This document shows positions 28,903-44,768 of a stretch of DNA of 64,000 nt, piece by piece. This stretch comes from Chrysomallon squamiferum (Eukaryota; Animalia; Mollusca), in the NCBI GenBank assembly GCA_012295275.1, contig CM022670.1, forward strand, positions 1,798,001-1,862,000, written 5' to 3'. A model generated the notes under the pieces. That model saw only the letters and a program-made list of their open reading frames with translations, ran no database searches and was not told where the DNA came from. The translations under genes were made by a program, and so were the position numbers. The first letter of the stretch is position 1. Each line of letters begins with the position of its first letter.

Positions 28903-29525
28903 TTAACAAAATGATCTTGAAAATAAACATCACAAGGAACTGGTAAACAACCATCAGTGGACGAAGATTTCAGACAAGGAAGGCTTTGAGACGATGACAA
29001 TTGCTGAGTGGACCTGAGTTGGCAAAGGCACGCTTTGGCGATCGAATGAACAACTTTATTGAAAATGCCGGCCATACCAGTCATGCTGAAGCTCTCGACA
29101 GCCAACAAACCTTGCGGAAGTTTTTGAATTACATTAGCAGACTTCTCCAGAGCAATCTCGGCCAAGAACCAGGCATAGCCGGTCCCGAAGAACCTCATGT
29201 TCAAGGCCACTTTGACAATGGACAGCATCATGTCAGGATGGCAGTACAGAACAAGTATCTTCCATCCGCTGATAGACAGCTCGGTGAGGAAGTATTCCAC
29301 GTCAGCTGCCGACAGTTTGTGTTTCAGAATGATTGTCTTGAACCGCCCCATTTCGCTGTTGTTTCCCAGTGTCTCAAAACCTTCCAGGAATCCGCTGTTC
29401 AGTTTGCTGCTCTCAATCAGCACGGCTGTGTGTGGCATGTTAAACTTGCCGACGATGTGAGCAAGAGCGGCACCTTCTGCATGCGGTGACGGGTTCAAGG
29501 AGATGTAGCTCTTTGGATACATTGC
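28903..29525 (-). CDS. GluN3-like subunit, coding exon 2 (amino-terminal domain)
   Basis: Acceptor tttactttcAG|GCA ATG (phase 0, matches exon 1); ATD-like 'KILVLYC...GTGYAWFL...LPQGLLAV'; donor AA|GTACGT, phase 2, 623 nt. Confidence 0.9.
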
Positions 29526-31028
29526 CTGAAAGTAAAAACGTAGAAAAATGATTTACTTTGCGTTATTTTTTAAATAATAAATGTTCGTCAAAATCCAAAT
29601 GGTTATACTTGTAAAACGGTGATAAAGAAAGAAATGGGTGTTAGCAAATAATGATGATAATAATGAATAATGGTTATAATTACTGCTACTGCTACTAATA
29701 ACATTAATAATGCAAGTAATTAAATAACAGTATTAATATTAACAATAATAACAAATTAACAGGTTTTACAGAGCTCGACCTTGGTTTAAACTCGTGTATT
29801 TTATATTATTTTATATCACACGTTTTATTTCTTGTGAGACAAATAGATCAGTGACTGGAATATGTGGAAAATATTTAGAGAACATTCAAGTAAAATCTGA
29901 CTAAATACTAACAAATAAACAAACAAACAAACAAACAAACAAACAAATAAATAAATAATGGAAAATAATAAACATAAAAAAGTGGAAAAAAAATAAAATA
30001 AAGGAAAGTGAATATTTACGCCCTTGATTTTAGTTTTCTATATTTGTCTAAACATTACGTGTCGTTGAAATGAGCAAAGACGTGAAGCTGCTGCAGACAG
30101 TTTAAATCTTAACTGCAATTTGCTGGCCAGTTATCGATTTTGTTTTTTAAACATTTTTTTTTTAGAATTAAGAATAGAAAATCGTGGTGAAAAATGACGG
30201 ACACATGATTTCCACGATAATTAATTAATTAATTATTCCTTTTTTTTTTATCTCTTTTTTTCCTGCTTATCCTAATTCATTTTAATATTTATTTATTTAC
30301 TTATATTTTTGGACAAGTTTCACAACATCTGGCTATTCTGTTAAGAAACTGTACTCCATAATTAAGTAAAATTATATCTAAACTCTTCTGCTTTTCTACC
30401 AAATGTGATAGAGTATTTCATCGACCGTTAAGCAACCAGGAAGAAAAACGTAACAGTTAATCAAAGACAGATGAAAAATATTAAATATCAAAGCTCGGAT
30501 GTGCCAAAATGATTTCTAATAGCAGCAGATGACAAAACAATTCCGGTTTCCAGAAGAAAATAATACGAAGTATGATTGGTTCGCCGTGGGCTTTATAAGT
30601 GATATGCGATAACAGATTATTGAATGCTACACGTGCTCCGCAGTAAATTCAAGATTACTTCTGATTGGGTTCTTAGAAATGAAAAAGCGGAAGTAAGGTA
30701 TAGTATATTTCCAACGGAGCTAAAATTACTTTTAATAAATATATTTCTGGTGACCATGAATTTATTCTGATATCTGTCACATTTCTAAAAGTCAGTAATA
30801 ATCTTTAATGATGAAAAAAAATTATAGATTAGTTAAAGTAACGTGTAAAAATATCAGTAACGGACCCCCCCCCCAAAACAAAACCCATCAGTTTTGTGTT
30901 ATCTGTCTATTTCTCTAACTCTCTGTTTATGTGTGTGTGTATGAGTGTATGCGTGTATCTGTATGTGTGTGTAAATATACATACATATATATATACATAC
31001 ATATACATATATAAATACATATATACAT

Positions 31029-31060
<32 letters not shown>

Positions 31061-31191
31061 CAGACAGACAGACAGACAGACATAGATACATAAATACATA
31101 TATACAGGGTCATTATAAAGTCCTTGGGCAATTTAAAACATTTTAAATTTCTGATCCATACATGAAGCACAAAATTTAAAAACTGCACAAT

Positions 31192-32208
<1,017 letters not shown>

Positions 32209-32506
32209 TATGTAACAGCTAGACAGATAAATATGATTCTTTAATTATTTATTAAATACGTAACACAATATCATCGACAGTTTTTCAGATCCGGCTTGTG
32301 ACAAACGCCGACACACATCCGGTTCTCATACAAAGTGTGAGTAACACGTGTCAACATTATTACAACAAACATACACGTGCCACGTTTTTACAGTCGCAAT
32401 CTGTAATGTACACATCAACAAAAATACACGTAACAACAATCACAGGTACATACACACCAAAAATACATTAAAAACTTTGTATCACTAAAACAGAAGTTAC
32501 GTTAAA

Positions 32507-32570
<64 letters not shown>

Positions 32571-33847
32571 TCATAAAATCGTTAGCATCATCAATAGCAT
32601 CAGCAACATTAATGTCATCATCATCATTTCTCTAAGGAAATCTTTCGTGTCTATTTTCATTTACCGCACAGGATAAAATGGTTAGAGGTGTATCATCGTC
32701 GTTTGATTTAAAAACACTAAATAATTACATAAAAAGTTTTTTGTCATTAAAATAATTAAATGTATTGACGATTAAGTTAAAGATTAAAAGCATTAATATA
32801 TATCGGTCTATTAGTCTGTGGTCTGTCTGGATGTCCACCTGTCTGTCTGTCTGTATGTCTATATATCTGTCTCTCTGTTTGTGCTTGTCTCTGTCTGAAT
32901 CTTTGTTTTTGTTCTGCCTGTCATTAAATATATATTAAACATTTTGCGCCAGTTACTGTCACGTAATATTAATCTTAATTCTTATTCCCATTGTATACAT
33001 TCTGTACGCTTTTCCTGGCTAGAAATTAGGTTTATTTCATCAGTCGCAGTTTAATTAAAAACTGCAAACATTATAAATATTCAGCACATATTGGCAATAA
33101 ATATAAAAAGCTTAATGATAGTCTCTATAATCTTTGACCACTGAATATGAATAGTGTTGAACTCACATTTAATCAAAATGGCTACCTTGTATTTCAGAAC
33201 TCGTTTGTTCTGGTTACATTACCGTAATTTTTAGATGACGCTGATATTATCATGTTGCATAGACTGTCATTATTATATTGCAGAAGGGATGTATTAAATC
33301 AACATATGGCGTATTTTTTGTTGGCTTGTATCTATGAGTGAATCTTTTTGAATTAATATTTTTATTACAGTCACTGTATATTGTTGCATTTGTTGCAGTT
33401 GTTGCCGTTGCTACAGTAGAAATGTTCAGCTGAACCTTTTTGGAATATTATAATTATATAATAGTTTTATTTTATAAAATAATCTATAGCAAGCCACAAT
33501 TTAAAAAAATTAAATTTATGAAGCATTTGCTTTATCCTTTCTTTCGAACACCTGTATATCTCAATAACAAATGTTTATCTCAATAACAAATGTTTTGGTA
33601 CTGTCAAACGTAGGCTACAAATACGTGAAATACAATTTTATTTCGAAACAAGTTAAAACAATAGTCTTGTTTTGGTTGTATATATAGCTGTGTGTGTTTT
33701 TGTGTGTGTGTATTTATGTGAGTACACATACACACATATCTCTGTATGTGTAAATATGTATGTATGTATTATCACTTAATTAATTATTTTATAATTTATT
33801 CATTAAATCACAACCAGAGAAACGTTAACGTAGTTTATGACAAATAA

Positions 33848-33925
33848 CCGAACCGTTCCCGGGAATCGAACCAGTGAAGTGTTGCTTACAAGAAAAACGC
33901 TATAACTTACAGTTCAGACGAAGTT
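33848..33925 (-). pseudogene. Degenerate tRNA-like or tRNA-derived SINE head
   Basis: Exact Pol III B-box GGTTCGATTCC on minus (33872-33862) and an anticodon-loop-like CTTGTAA upstream; D and acceptor stems do not pair convincingly. Confidence 0.35.
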
Positions 33926-36900
33926 GAAAAATAATCCGGACTAAATTAAGAATGAAAATATCAGACTAATAAATCATGTCAAAATTTGGATTTTATTTTG
34001 CGGCTAATTTTTATTTAATTTTTCATATTTTCGACTATCGGATTTTAGTTAATAAAGAAAAAAAAAGTAGGTTTTTAGAATTTTTTTTTTTTTTTTTTTT
34101 TTTTTGTCTTCAGCCGCCAGTGAGAACGAATTTAACTTAATCTTAGTTTATTTATGGATCGCTTCTGCTTCCCGTAAACCAGCGTCGACTGAAACAGGAT
34201 TCTTGAAGTGGCTCAATAAATCTCTTTCCCTTTATTCACTAATTTCTTTATGTTTCGACTTGTAATTTACAAAATCAATGCAGTCTTGTTCAGCGTTAGA
34301 TAAACTACTGCAGAGTCGTTTAGGTTTAAAATTACCAGTGCTCTTTACGAATGAGCTGCTTCTGTCGTGTAAATATTAACTAGGAAACGCTGTAATGTAG
34401 CAGGTTATGTCTTCGTTGATATCTGCTGTTCTGTATGAGGGTTAATATTTTAGATTATTTAATTTTGAAATATGTGCAATAAAATATATGAAGTAAAACA
34501 GATGATTTACTTTTTTTTTAGGTATTCAAATAGCTGGATTATCAAGTTTATTTCGAAAAGATAAAAACAATAGAGTAATTGATTTTCATGACTGGAAATT
34601 ATATTTATTAAAATGTATAAATGTATGTGTGTGTGAGTACATATATGTATGAATGTATGTATGTATGTGTGTATATATGAATATATGTATGTATCTATGT
34701 ATGTGTGTATGTACGTGTGTATATGTGTGTATATGTATGTATGTATATATGTATGTATGTGTATGTGTGTATTTGTGTATATGTGTATGTGTATATGTGT
34801 GTATATATCAGTGTAACACTGATCATTCGTTTAAATAGGTAGATAATTATTTAGATTTCCAACTTTATTTAAAAATATACTTAATTAACATACAAAACAT
34901 ACAAATAATTTATATAACGTGGAAATGATGTTTAATGAAATAAATAATGCTTGTAACTGTTCTAGACCATTTAATGTTTCATATTTATTTCCGTTATGGA
35001 CTGAGATTATAACCAATATTAACATCAGTCAACCAATCAGTTTCCATCTTGCATATAACTGTTGAAGTCAGAATATGTTTACCTTGGCAACACAGCAGGA
35101 AATCTGGATTGTCTTTCATAGACAATACTGATTTATCTGAGAAAAAAAGAGTAACGCGAGTCGTAAACCACTACAATTAGATCTTCAGAGGAATCGTAAC
35201 AGAAAGCTGGATCCCAGAACCTGTCAGAGTTAACGCGAAAAGCTTAAACCACTGTGTTACACAGAATGATGCAGTAAACGTAATCCTTAGAACTCTTTAT
35301 GTATAAATCAGTCCATTCCGAACAAGTTGTGTCTGACAACATAATACAATAACAACCGAGACTTTCAGATTACGCGACAGTGAGGAAGGTTATCAAGAAA
35401 AGCACCACTGGCTGCTGAACGATAACATTATAGTCGCTGTCACTTTGGAGACGTAATTATTATTAGAGAAGCAAAAATATTCGTTCTGTTATAACATCGA
35501 TGATTTACTTTTTGTGTGTACCACAGGCCCTTGATAAGATTTTCTAATTTAGAAAATGTTGCTCTGTGAAACATTTCTCTGACAACGGCCCCTGACTGAA
35601 AATGAATACTTACATAGGGTACAATGAAAAGCATAGCGTAAAGACGTTTGGTATATTTTATTTGTTACTTGATAGCTAATCATTTATGATAACAAAATCT
35701 GAAAAAATAAGTAATGGAGTTTCCAGATGTCATTTCATACAGAGAAATATGAAAAACTACAATGATAAGTTTACTTTTAAATAATTTACTCGATCTGTCA
35801 GGTTTCCATAATTTCTTTGGGTTTTGTTATTTAAAATTGCACTACGAATTTCATTTTACAGCTTTTACATTATCATCTTTAATAAAATTAGGGTCTATAA
35901 AAATAATGAAATACGAAAGAATATATATATATATATATATATATTTTGGACAGACAAATATATATGATGACGCTAACATACAACATTTACAAAACTGCTA
36001 AATATCCATTTATCTCTTCACGGACAGATAATTATTTTCAAAGATATATTTACAAACAGATCGTTGTCTGAGGAGTTTTAAAGAACATCGATAGAAACAT
36101 TTAATACCATTTTCTTTTTTTTTTTTTTTTATCGTAATAAAGAGAAAAACACAAGTTACTGATCGTCAAGTCATTAACAATTCATTTACTGCGCCTAACT
36201 TCCAATTTGAATGACAAAACATCGAGTCGATAACAATCCCTTTGTAACGAGTAATTTCCAATAAGAAGGGCAGCAGCGTCATCCGATCGCATGATGCAGT
36301 AATCAACGTCTTTGCTTTGGTTGAGGATAGACTTTCTGGACCAATGAAAAATAATTGTACTGACCCTTCAAAATTAGGTAGTTGGGTTTACGTATTTCAT
36401 AAAATGTCAATGATCGCCTGAGAGCAAAAATTATTCAGTAGTAAAAATTATTAGGTCACCTTTTTGTGACTGTTCAAGGATAGTAATACATAGAGTGTCT
36501 TCTATTTTCAGAAATGTGTCACGTAATATATATTTAAACCCCCGCGAGAGAAGAAGACAAATAAGAAGAAGAAGAAGAAGAAGAAAAAAAGTATCCGTTA
36601 AGAAATCTTCCGAAGAAAAGACGTTTTGTCCGGGAGCTATGCACGTATTGTTACGTGCGCCAAAAGAGCTCGAATCACTGAATCCAGAGACGTTTTGCTC
36701 GCACTGGTGCAGATCAGTTAATCGCATTTTCTGGCTTGTTGATTCTATCTGTCATCGTTGATCACTTTACGTCAAACAGCCTGTTTCCAGTAACTAGTGG
36801 CTAATATGATTTCACCAGGCTACGCTGATTTTTCCTGCTTACATTGGAATTCAATGCAGAGGACAACGAACCAAAGGATGAGCATTACTTTACTGCTGCT

Positions 36901-37739
36901 GCTGCTATTACAGCTACTACTATGACTAATACAATGACCATCACACGACGACAACCACTACTATTACTACTCACAACGACTATCACCACGACCATCACAA
37001 CGACGATCACCACCATATATGCTACTACTACCGTTACTACAGCCATCACTAAGGCACCACTATCACCACTATTATTACACCGTCATTACTATTACTGCTA
37101 GAAAAACGATTAACTGTTACGATTATAAAGACTATGAAGATGGTGGAGTTGACTGGATAAGTAAGATTGAATTTATGGAAATGATATAATAATGAAGTTA
37201 ACGTATTAATTAAGAATGTGTACGTTTCAAAACTTATTTGAGTTAGCAGGAACTCTTTGGACGTTATTTTCAGTTAAAAAAACTGGAATACATAGAAAAC
37301 AAACAGGTCCGCATTCTTAAGCATGCACAACAGAAATGTACAGACATAGACACTCTTGCTCAGAAACACATCGACAATTCCTTACGAAAACTCGACAAAA
37401 AAATAATATAATAAATAATAATATAATAATAATAACAATATAATAAAATAAGATAATAAATAAACAAAGAAGACAACAAAAAAAAAAGAAGAAAAAAAAG
37501 AAGAAAAGAAAGGTCTATGGAACTTGCGAAGCTAATTACCGTATATATATCGATAAACTACAAGGAAAACTATATAACGTGGTTAAACACGACGCATCTG
37601 ATGGAAGGCTTCTTTCTAATTGTTAAAACGTGTAATAACAACTGGTAACAGACGTTTTACCGGGAACCAACATCATTAGAAATGAGTTTAATTAATGTGT
37701 GTAGTTGTAGGTATTCAGCCTCCATATTTGTATTATATG

Positions 37740-38695
37740 CTGTTTTCAGTTATATTTTATTTTATTATTGATGATATATAAAAGTTTAGTTACATTTAAC
37801 TGTTACTATTTGTGATATGCAATATTTAAGTTATATTTTACTGTTACTGTTGGTTAATATATAATACTTTAGTGCTTTTTTAAAGTTATATTTTACTGTT
37901 ATTAATGATGTTATATGAAATATTATTTTGTGTTCCATTCTGTCTTTGCTTTAGGTTTATATGAACTATGATTCTGAATTAAATTTTACGATAGCAATGG
38001 TTTTAATTAACTGTAATTTTGAAATATATTTAATCGGTGCTACTGGTATTAATTTAACAAGTACGTTTATATATATTTCACCGTTACTTTCTTAATTTAT
38101 AAACTGCTGTTCTTATATGAACTATTACCTGAATTATATTTTACACTTACTGTTATTTAAACTGTTATTCTAAGTTATATTTTACCTTTGTTGTTGTTGT
38201 TATATTTTATTTTGCGTTATACTTTATCGTTGCTACTGATGTTTTACTGTTACTATTAATATTACATGTTATCCTGGGATTTGATTTTACCGTTCGTATA
38301 AGCGTTACATGAATGTTTTTTTTGAAAATTACATTTTAACATTACTCACAGTGCTATATAAATTTTTATATTTTGTCGTATCCAATGGTTTTAAATGAAT
38401 TATTACTGAAAATTAAATTATATCCTTACTAATGGCGTTACAGGAATTATTATTTTAAAATACATTTTTTCCTTACTAGTGGCTTAGTATTAATTATTAT
38501 TATAAATTATATTTTATCAGTACCAATGGTTTTACATGAATTATTATCGAGAACATCATTTTACCTGTCTAAAGGATTTACATGAATTATTACTGACAAT
38601 TACACTTTACTGTTACTAATAGTATTAAATGAACAGTTATTTCTAATTATGTCTTACCATTCAAAATGGTTTGGAGACTGCTATTTTACTGGTTA
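37740..38695. repeat. Old, highly degenerate AT-rich minisatellite (about 40-50-bp period)
   Basis: Recurrent core (A/G)TTATATTTTAC(T/C)GTTACT(A)ATG(G)T..TA(C/T)ATGAA along about 950 bp. Confidence 0.7.
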
Positions 38696-38713
38696 TGTTA
38701 GGTTACTTTGATA

Positions 38714-38747
<34 letters not shown>

Positions 38748-39929
38748 GTCGGAGCTAGAGACAAATAGAAGATAGACAGACAGACTGAGAGATATATAGA
38801 CAGACGGACTGAGAGATATATAGACAGACAGAGAGAGAGAGAGACAGACAGAGAGAGAGAGAGAGAAAAGATTTTCATTGTTTTACTGTTTGTTACGTAT
38901 TGTTTGTTATTTAGACGCCAGTTGTCATGCAATTTAATTCTACCAGAGTATAAATAAAATAATAAGATTACAAACACAGCGAAACAATGATATTATATAT
39001 TAAATTATGTATTAAATTATTAGATTATTGAATTCTTATAGGAACCAGAAACATCATTTTGTGATTCGCGCGTTTACATTCTAAAACACGTAATTTTATA
39101 TTAATTTCATTTTTATTTTCACTGCCCACTTACATACTCTTCAAGAAGTATATACAGATGTTATACAAGCTTAGTAAATCGATGAACTGAAACCGATTTC
39201 AAAGTCAGTTTATGTTAATGTCGCTGTTTACCTCAGTACCAAGTTACAGTGTTATCAGGTAACATAAACGTGAATATCTAAGCACTGGAAACATTTGGTT
39301 TAAGCATGCCTGCCAGGACTGTGTTAAAAACAGTTTGAACTATAATAATTATAACAATAACATTCTGATCAGAAATTTTTCATTTTCCCTTTAGTTTTGA
39401 AATTATGTAAATATCATAAAGATGACAATAATACTAATCTTTGTAAAATTTTGGGTACTAGTATTACGATTAAATTGCTGTATTTGACACGATTATCCAA
39501 TAATTTCATAGTTGACAGAGTTGGTGTGGAACAAGATTTTCATACTGAAAATCCGTGTCCAAATCCGTTTTGTAAAAGTTGAATATTATGTAAAATGTAG
39601 TTTAAAACAAAATCAAACTTTTTTTTTTTAATACACTGTACTGATACATTTATTATGTTCTCACGCTAAGGACCCGTGTTCAAATACTCTTAGTGAAGAA
39701 CTGTCACATCTGATTTTAAAATGATTCAGTAAATACACTGTGTTGGTACAACGCCACTTTCTCATACTATTGAAGCGAACTGGAATACGCAGTCTGAAGA
39801 CTTAATAAATATGTTAGAAATAAACTGAATACTTTAGTTCCGAATTCAAAGACCTCTTGTGAAGAATTAATGACTATAATGCTAGAAATAAATTAAAATA
39901 ACTTTAATAAATAATTTTAGTTCCCTTTA

Positions 39930-40160
39930 ATGCACTGATGTTAAAGAAAGCCTGTTGATGTGTCGTTGACCAAATTTTATTCTTTTCCTTCATTCTGAAA
40001 ACATGATTGATGACAGCTACGACTTTATTATTAGGCAATGAATCTTGCACAACGGTTTATCATCAACTGACAGAATTCTGATCAATAAACATTCTTAACA
40101 CTGGGACTTTATTTCTTGAATCTGATAACATGGCTTTATTGGAATCCAAGAATACACCCT
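39930..40160 (-). mobile_element. Possible decayed LINE fragment in intron 1
   Basis: 'LDSNKAM' resembles the pre-RT 'LDxNKAxGPD'; a later 'LVND..Q..F' resembles 'LINDxQHGF'. Weak. Confidence 0.2.
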
Positions 40161-41040
40161 GCAGTATTCATTATACGGCCTAGGCATTTAGAACTCAAAA
40201 TTGCACAAACATTATAGAGAGTGTAGATTCTAGATAAGCGAGGTTCATTCAGTAGAAATCGATTTAGAGTAAATACAGGGAATTTTAAATATAAATTTGA
40301 TAACGTAACCCTGTCAGTTATGTCAGCGATTCAAGCCACATCTTCGGCAATAATAAAAGACATCAGTTAAAAAAATTTTTTATTTAAGCTTCATTTTATT
40401 TCGTTCTGTAATGAGCACAGCATAACCAGTATACAGTATATATTGATCTCTGTGTGTAAAGACCATTATTATTACAATATCATATACTCGTAACAAACTG
40501 TCCGGTATATATTTGTTTCTTGTGGAATGTACAGTAAGATTACCATAGATATATGTATATGATTATTACACAGATGCACTCATTATTACAGTACTGTCCT
40601 GCAATATCCCCAATATGTCTGTCTTTTATGCTGTTCACTTTTCTATCAGTATAAAACATTACTGTATAATAACAGAGATCCACTCAATTTTATGTCTAAA
40701 CATAACGTTTGCTTGTCTCTATTTAGATGTTTGGTATGCACTATCCTGTCCACTCTTTGTTGCCATTCAGCATGACAGAATAAGTGAGACATATATATAT
40801 ATAATACTGATGTAATACTATAAATACATTACTCTTATTATTACTTATTTTAAGCAGCGTTTGTGAATGTGTCCCTCTTTTACCGTTTTAATGTTCTGTT
40901 TATATGAATATGTTTTTATTATCATTAGATCTTCTTCTTTTTTTTCTCACAAAACCGCCAGGGTAATCGTATTCCTATTTATAAATTATGTACCAATGGA
41001 TGTAGGTATTTATGTATATAACAAATGCGGAAAGTAGAAG

Positions 41041-41175
<135 letters not shown>

Positions 41176-42280
41176 CTGATTATAAATACGTTTCCTTTTT
41201 TTCTTCCCCTATTAAAACAATATTTAGATCCAGTCTCTTTGTCGCATCTTCCAACATAAAAAAATACCATCTCAGTCAATACTGGTTGTACATTAATATC
41301 ATAAAACCTCTTATAAACCCTCTCAATAAAGCAAAATAACGAGTCCTTTGTACCGGGATGTCGCATGAAAACAGTGTGAGCCGTAACAAATAAAGAGTCT
41401 GAAAGGCTGAGATCTGCTGAATCCATATCTGGAATTTAGAAGAAACACTGCACGACATTGTAGGAAATCTGAAATAATCCTTCCTGACATTCAGTCATGT
41501 TTGTACCCTTGCGTTCTGTCGTTCAGGAATAACGAAGTTAATTTTGTGAATGTCATTTCAGCAGAAGAAAACGAAATTACAACTTCCATATAGATGTCTT
41601 TACTGGATATAAAAACATACACACACACACACACACACAAACACAAAAAAAAAAAAAAAAAATACACATAATTACCTCAGTTATCTGTCAGACGATGTTT
41701 TGTAGTTGGAATTTTTATATAAGGAAAAACATATCAGCACCTCCCTTTCCCGAATATTTTTAAAACATAAATAAATGGATAAATATATAGCCTGATATGT
41801 AAAAACTATAAAAATAAATGTTTATGTTACAAAAGCAAGTGGCTGTTACAAGTCAGTTTCACGGAAAAGTGAGCATTAATATTTTTTCTAAAATTTTATG
41901 TAGATCATAGTTATATGCAGTTTGATTCAAAGAATTTTTTTTTTTTTTTTTTTTATTTTTAATATATTAAAAGTAAGAAAGATTGTAAATATATTTCTTC
42001 TTCTTCTTTTTTTTTTTTTTTTTTTTTTTTTTTGGGCATCAGATGCTTAAGCATTAGGATATTTTTAGGTAGTTACGTCTATATGTTTTGCTTTTGAAAA
42101 GTTTTTGTAGAATAACAAAAGAATAAACTGAAATTTTTTTTAAATAATTAAAAAAAGAATTTATATTAAAAAAACACGTATATGTAAAAAAATTGAATAA
42201 AAAAGATTTGTCTGAAAAATAATATTGAGAAATAATGATGAAAGAGAGATTGCAACAAAATTGTCTTCTTGTTATTATAT

Positions 42281-42324
<44 letters not shown>

Positions 42325-42348
42325 TAAAATTGGTTTATTCATACTCAC

Positions 42349-42735
42349 AGTATTTTTGCCTTGAGATGTTATATATCCAAACAAAGGAATACCCATAGCG
42401 CGGCATACGATAGAAATCACACGAACATTGTTAGCGCTGCCTATTGCCAAGACTGCGTGAGGTTTTAGTATTGTCAGTCGCAGTTCAAAACTCTCGATGT
42501 CTTTGACTGAAATTTGCGTTTCGTTTACAAGCGATCCGTTTACGAAATAAGAACAGTTTTCAACAGAAAACAGTTTAGATTTAAGTAGGTTCGAGCCCTT
42601 TTCACATTCCCTGTGCACGCTGGAATCACAAAACACGGCCAGATTCACTTGTTGGGACGAGGCAACAAGATTAGGTAGTATCTTAGGGAAACACTGAATG
42701 AACAGAAACATCAACAGAGCGGACATTTCATCCAT
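42349..42735 (-). CDS. GluN3-like NMDA receptor subunit, coding exon 1 (signal peptide and start of amino-terminal domain)
   Basis: ATG at 42735 with an in-frame upstream TAG; hydrophobic N-terminus (MDEMSALLMFLFIQCF); ATD-like segment 'HAVLAIGSANNVRVISIVCRAMGIPLFGY'; donor ACT|GTGAGT, phase 0, 387 nt. Confidence 0.85.
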
Positions 42736-43666
42736 ATGAATGCCCTTTACCGCAGCAAATATCTCCCTGAACCCCTAACGTCGCAAGGCTTGTCATTACA
42801 GATCTGGGCACATGTGTTTTTAGTGGCATATCTGGCTAACACCTTTAAGAAAAATGATACCACGGTAAAACTCGGATGGTGAGTAATTCGAAACACCCTT
42901 ACTCACGGCTTGCTCTGGAAAATTTCAGAGGGTCCAAATTAGTTGTTGACGCCAGAGACCCGCAGACGGTTTCATTGTATACGAGCTTACGGGGTTTCGG
43001 ATCAAACAGGATACAACGCTGTTCCTGTTTACCAAGGTGACGTTAGTCAGACCCCGACCTAATTGATTGCCCACAGTTTATAAGTAACTCGCAACCCCGA
43101 CACAGCCGTTATACCAATCCCATCTGCCTCAACTCGCTAATCCAGTTGATAGGAAATTTCCACTGTGGTGTGAAACAGGTTTTGAAACTATACTCATAAT
43201 GGCAGTGTGACTGTTTTAAAGAGATCCATTTAAAATATTAACGCGAATTAATAATCCATGATTGTTTAAAAGCAATCATCACGTTTGCTGTTAGCACGTT
43301 CTGGCACACTTCTGCATACAACGCATGCTGAATTAAAATTTTATCCGTCAAACGAATTTAGTCCATTCTTGGTTTTGTCGTTTTTTAGCTTGGTAAAAAC
43401 TTCTTCATAATCGGTGCTTGGTCTTTTTCAGTTAATTCTTGAATTTCGAAAAGGCCAACGTTTCCGCGGCCGGAATATAAATCAAATTATGATTTGAAAA
43501 AGAAATATTTCTCTCACAATTTCTTTAAATTGTTGACTGTCATTTTAATCCTGGGACGTAATCTGCTCCAAGCTCCCCAAAATATAATTTAGTAACAATT
43601 TGCTGCATAACGTAGTTGAAAAAAAAAAAAAACCCACCAAAAAGTCAATAATTTTAGATTTCATAC

Positions 43667-43863
43667 CTCAATTTAACGAAAATTACACATGTCGAAAATC
43701 AAGGAACGTAATTAACAGAATCTGAAGACTTCTCAGCTTCCAAATTAGTGTTATTTTACGTTTGCCTCTTCATGTCGAAATTACGCATGCAGGGATTAGC
43801 CACACAGAGATGACTACTTCCCGTGCCTGATACATATTGCCGCGGCGTGTTCCTGTATTTATA
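43667..43863 (-). promoter_or_regulatory. Candidate TATA promoter and non-coding first exon of the GluN3-like gene
   Basis: TATAAATA on minus at 43863-43856 in a locally CpG-rich stretch; Inr-like TATCAG about 30-35 nt downstream; donor GAG|GTATGA at 43667/43666; candidate acceptor tttttcttaaAG at 42844-42843 upstream of the ATG. Motif inference only. Confidence 0.35.
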
Positions 43864-44737
43864 TATAAGCACTTATTGACGGTTTGGCGATCTCTCAATG
43901 GAACTGTGACATAAACTCCTCGCTCGGTGATCAATATGAAGCGGTTCGGGCTACGTGTGAACGCGTCTTGTGAGATGTGACGAGCAGACTTGTGGCTTGA
44001 AGGGTACACAGAAGTTTACTTCATTAGTCCTCGGCATTCTCCGCGGTGAATGACTGCGAGAGTCTGACCTGCAGAATCTTTACGTTTGACGTTTCGCGCT
44101 ACACAATGTCGATGGACATTTCGCTTTCTTAGAGGAAATCCATAATGGTTTTTAAAAGTTTTTTTTTTTTTTTTTTTAAGATTCGTCAGAGGCTCGGCAG
44201 GAGTCAAATATACTCGATCCAAAGATTCGGATATCTTCTTGGGCCGAAAACTGTGCCAACTCTGATAAATCATTAAAAGGAATTAATTGGAATTCTGTCC
44301 ATCGGAGCTAAGTTTGTTGAAGGTTCTGCTGTAATCACAAGATCTCTCTGTCAAATATTTCTCGGTGATAAGTCAGACTGAGAGACAGTCCAGCTGATAA
44401 ACTCTTCAGTAAAACTGATTCTGCTTCGTCTATCTGCCTTCTTTATTTTCATCTGTTTTATTTTCCTTTCTTCTTTTCCTTTCTTTCTTCTTCCTTTTTC
44501 GTTTATCTTCTTTTTTCTTCATTCATCCTTTTTACTTGTCATTTCTTAGTTTTTCTTCCATTTCTTAATTTTCTTTTTAATTCTTCTTTTTCTTTCTTCG
44601 TTTTTCCTTTCTTCTTTTCTTCTTACCGCTTCTGTGTTTCTGTTACCAATTTTACGTTTTCCAGTTTTCTTTACAAAAAACAAAACAAAAACAAAAAACA
44701 CCACAAAAAAACTCACAAAAATAAATAACTAAATAAC

Positions 44738-44768
<31 letters not shown>

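Noticed and set aside
26383-29489. Plus-strand ORFs 26383..26706, 29001..29489 and 29197..29460 (also 8387..8690, 13490..13672, 14243..14458)
   Set aside because: Antisense shadows of GC-richer receptor exons, with no independent evidence.
33848-33925. Functional tRNA gene
   Set aside because: Only the B-box and a loop-like motif are present; the cloverleaf stems do not pair.
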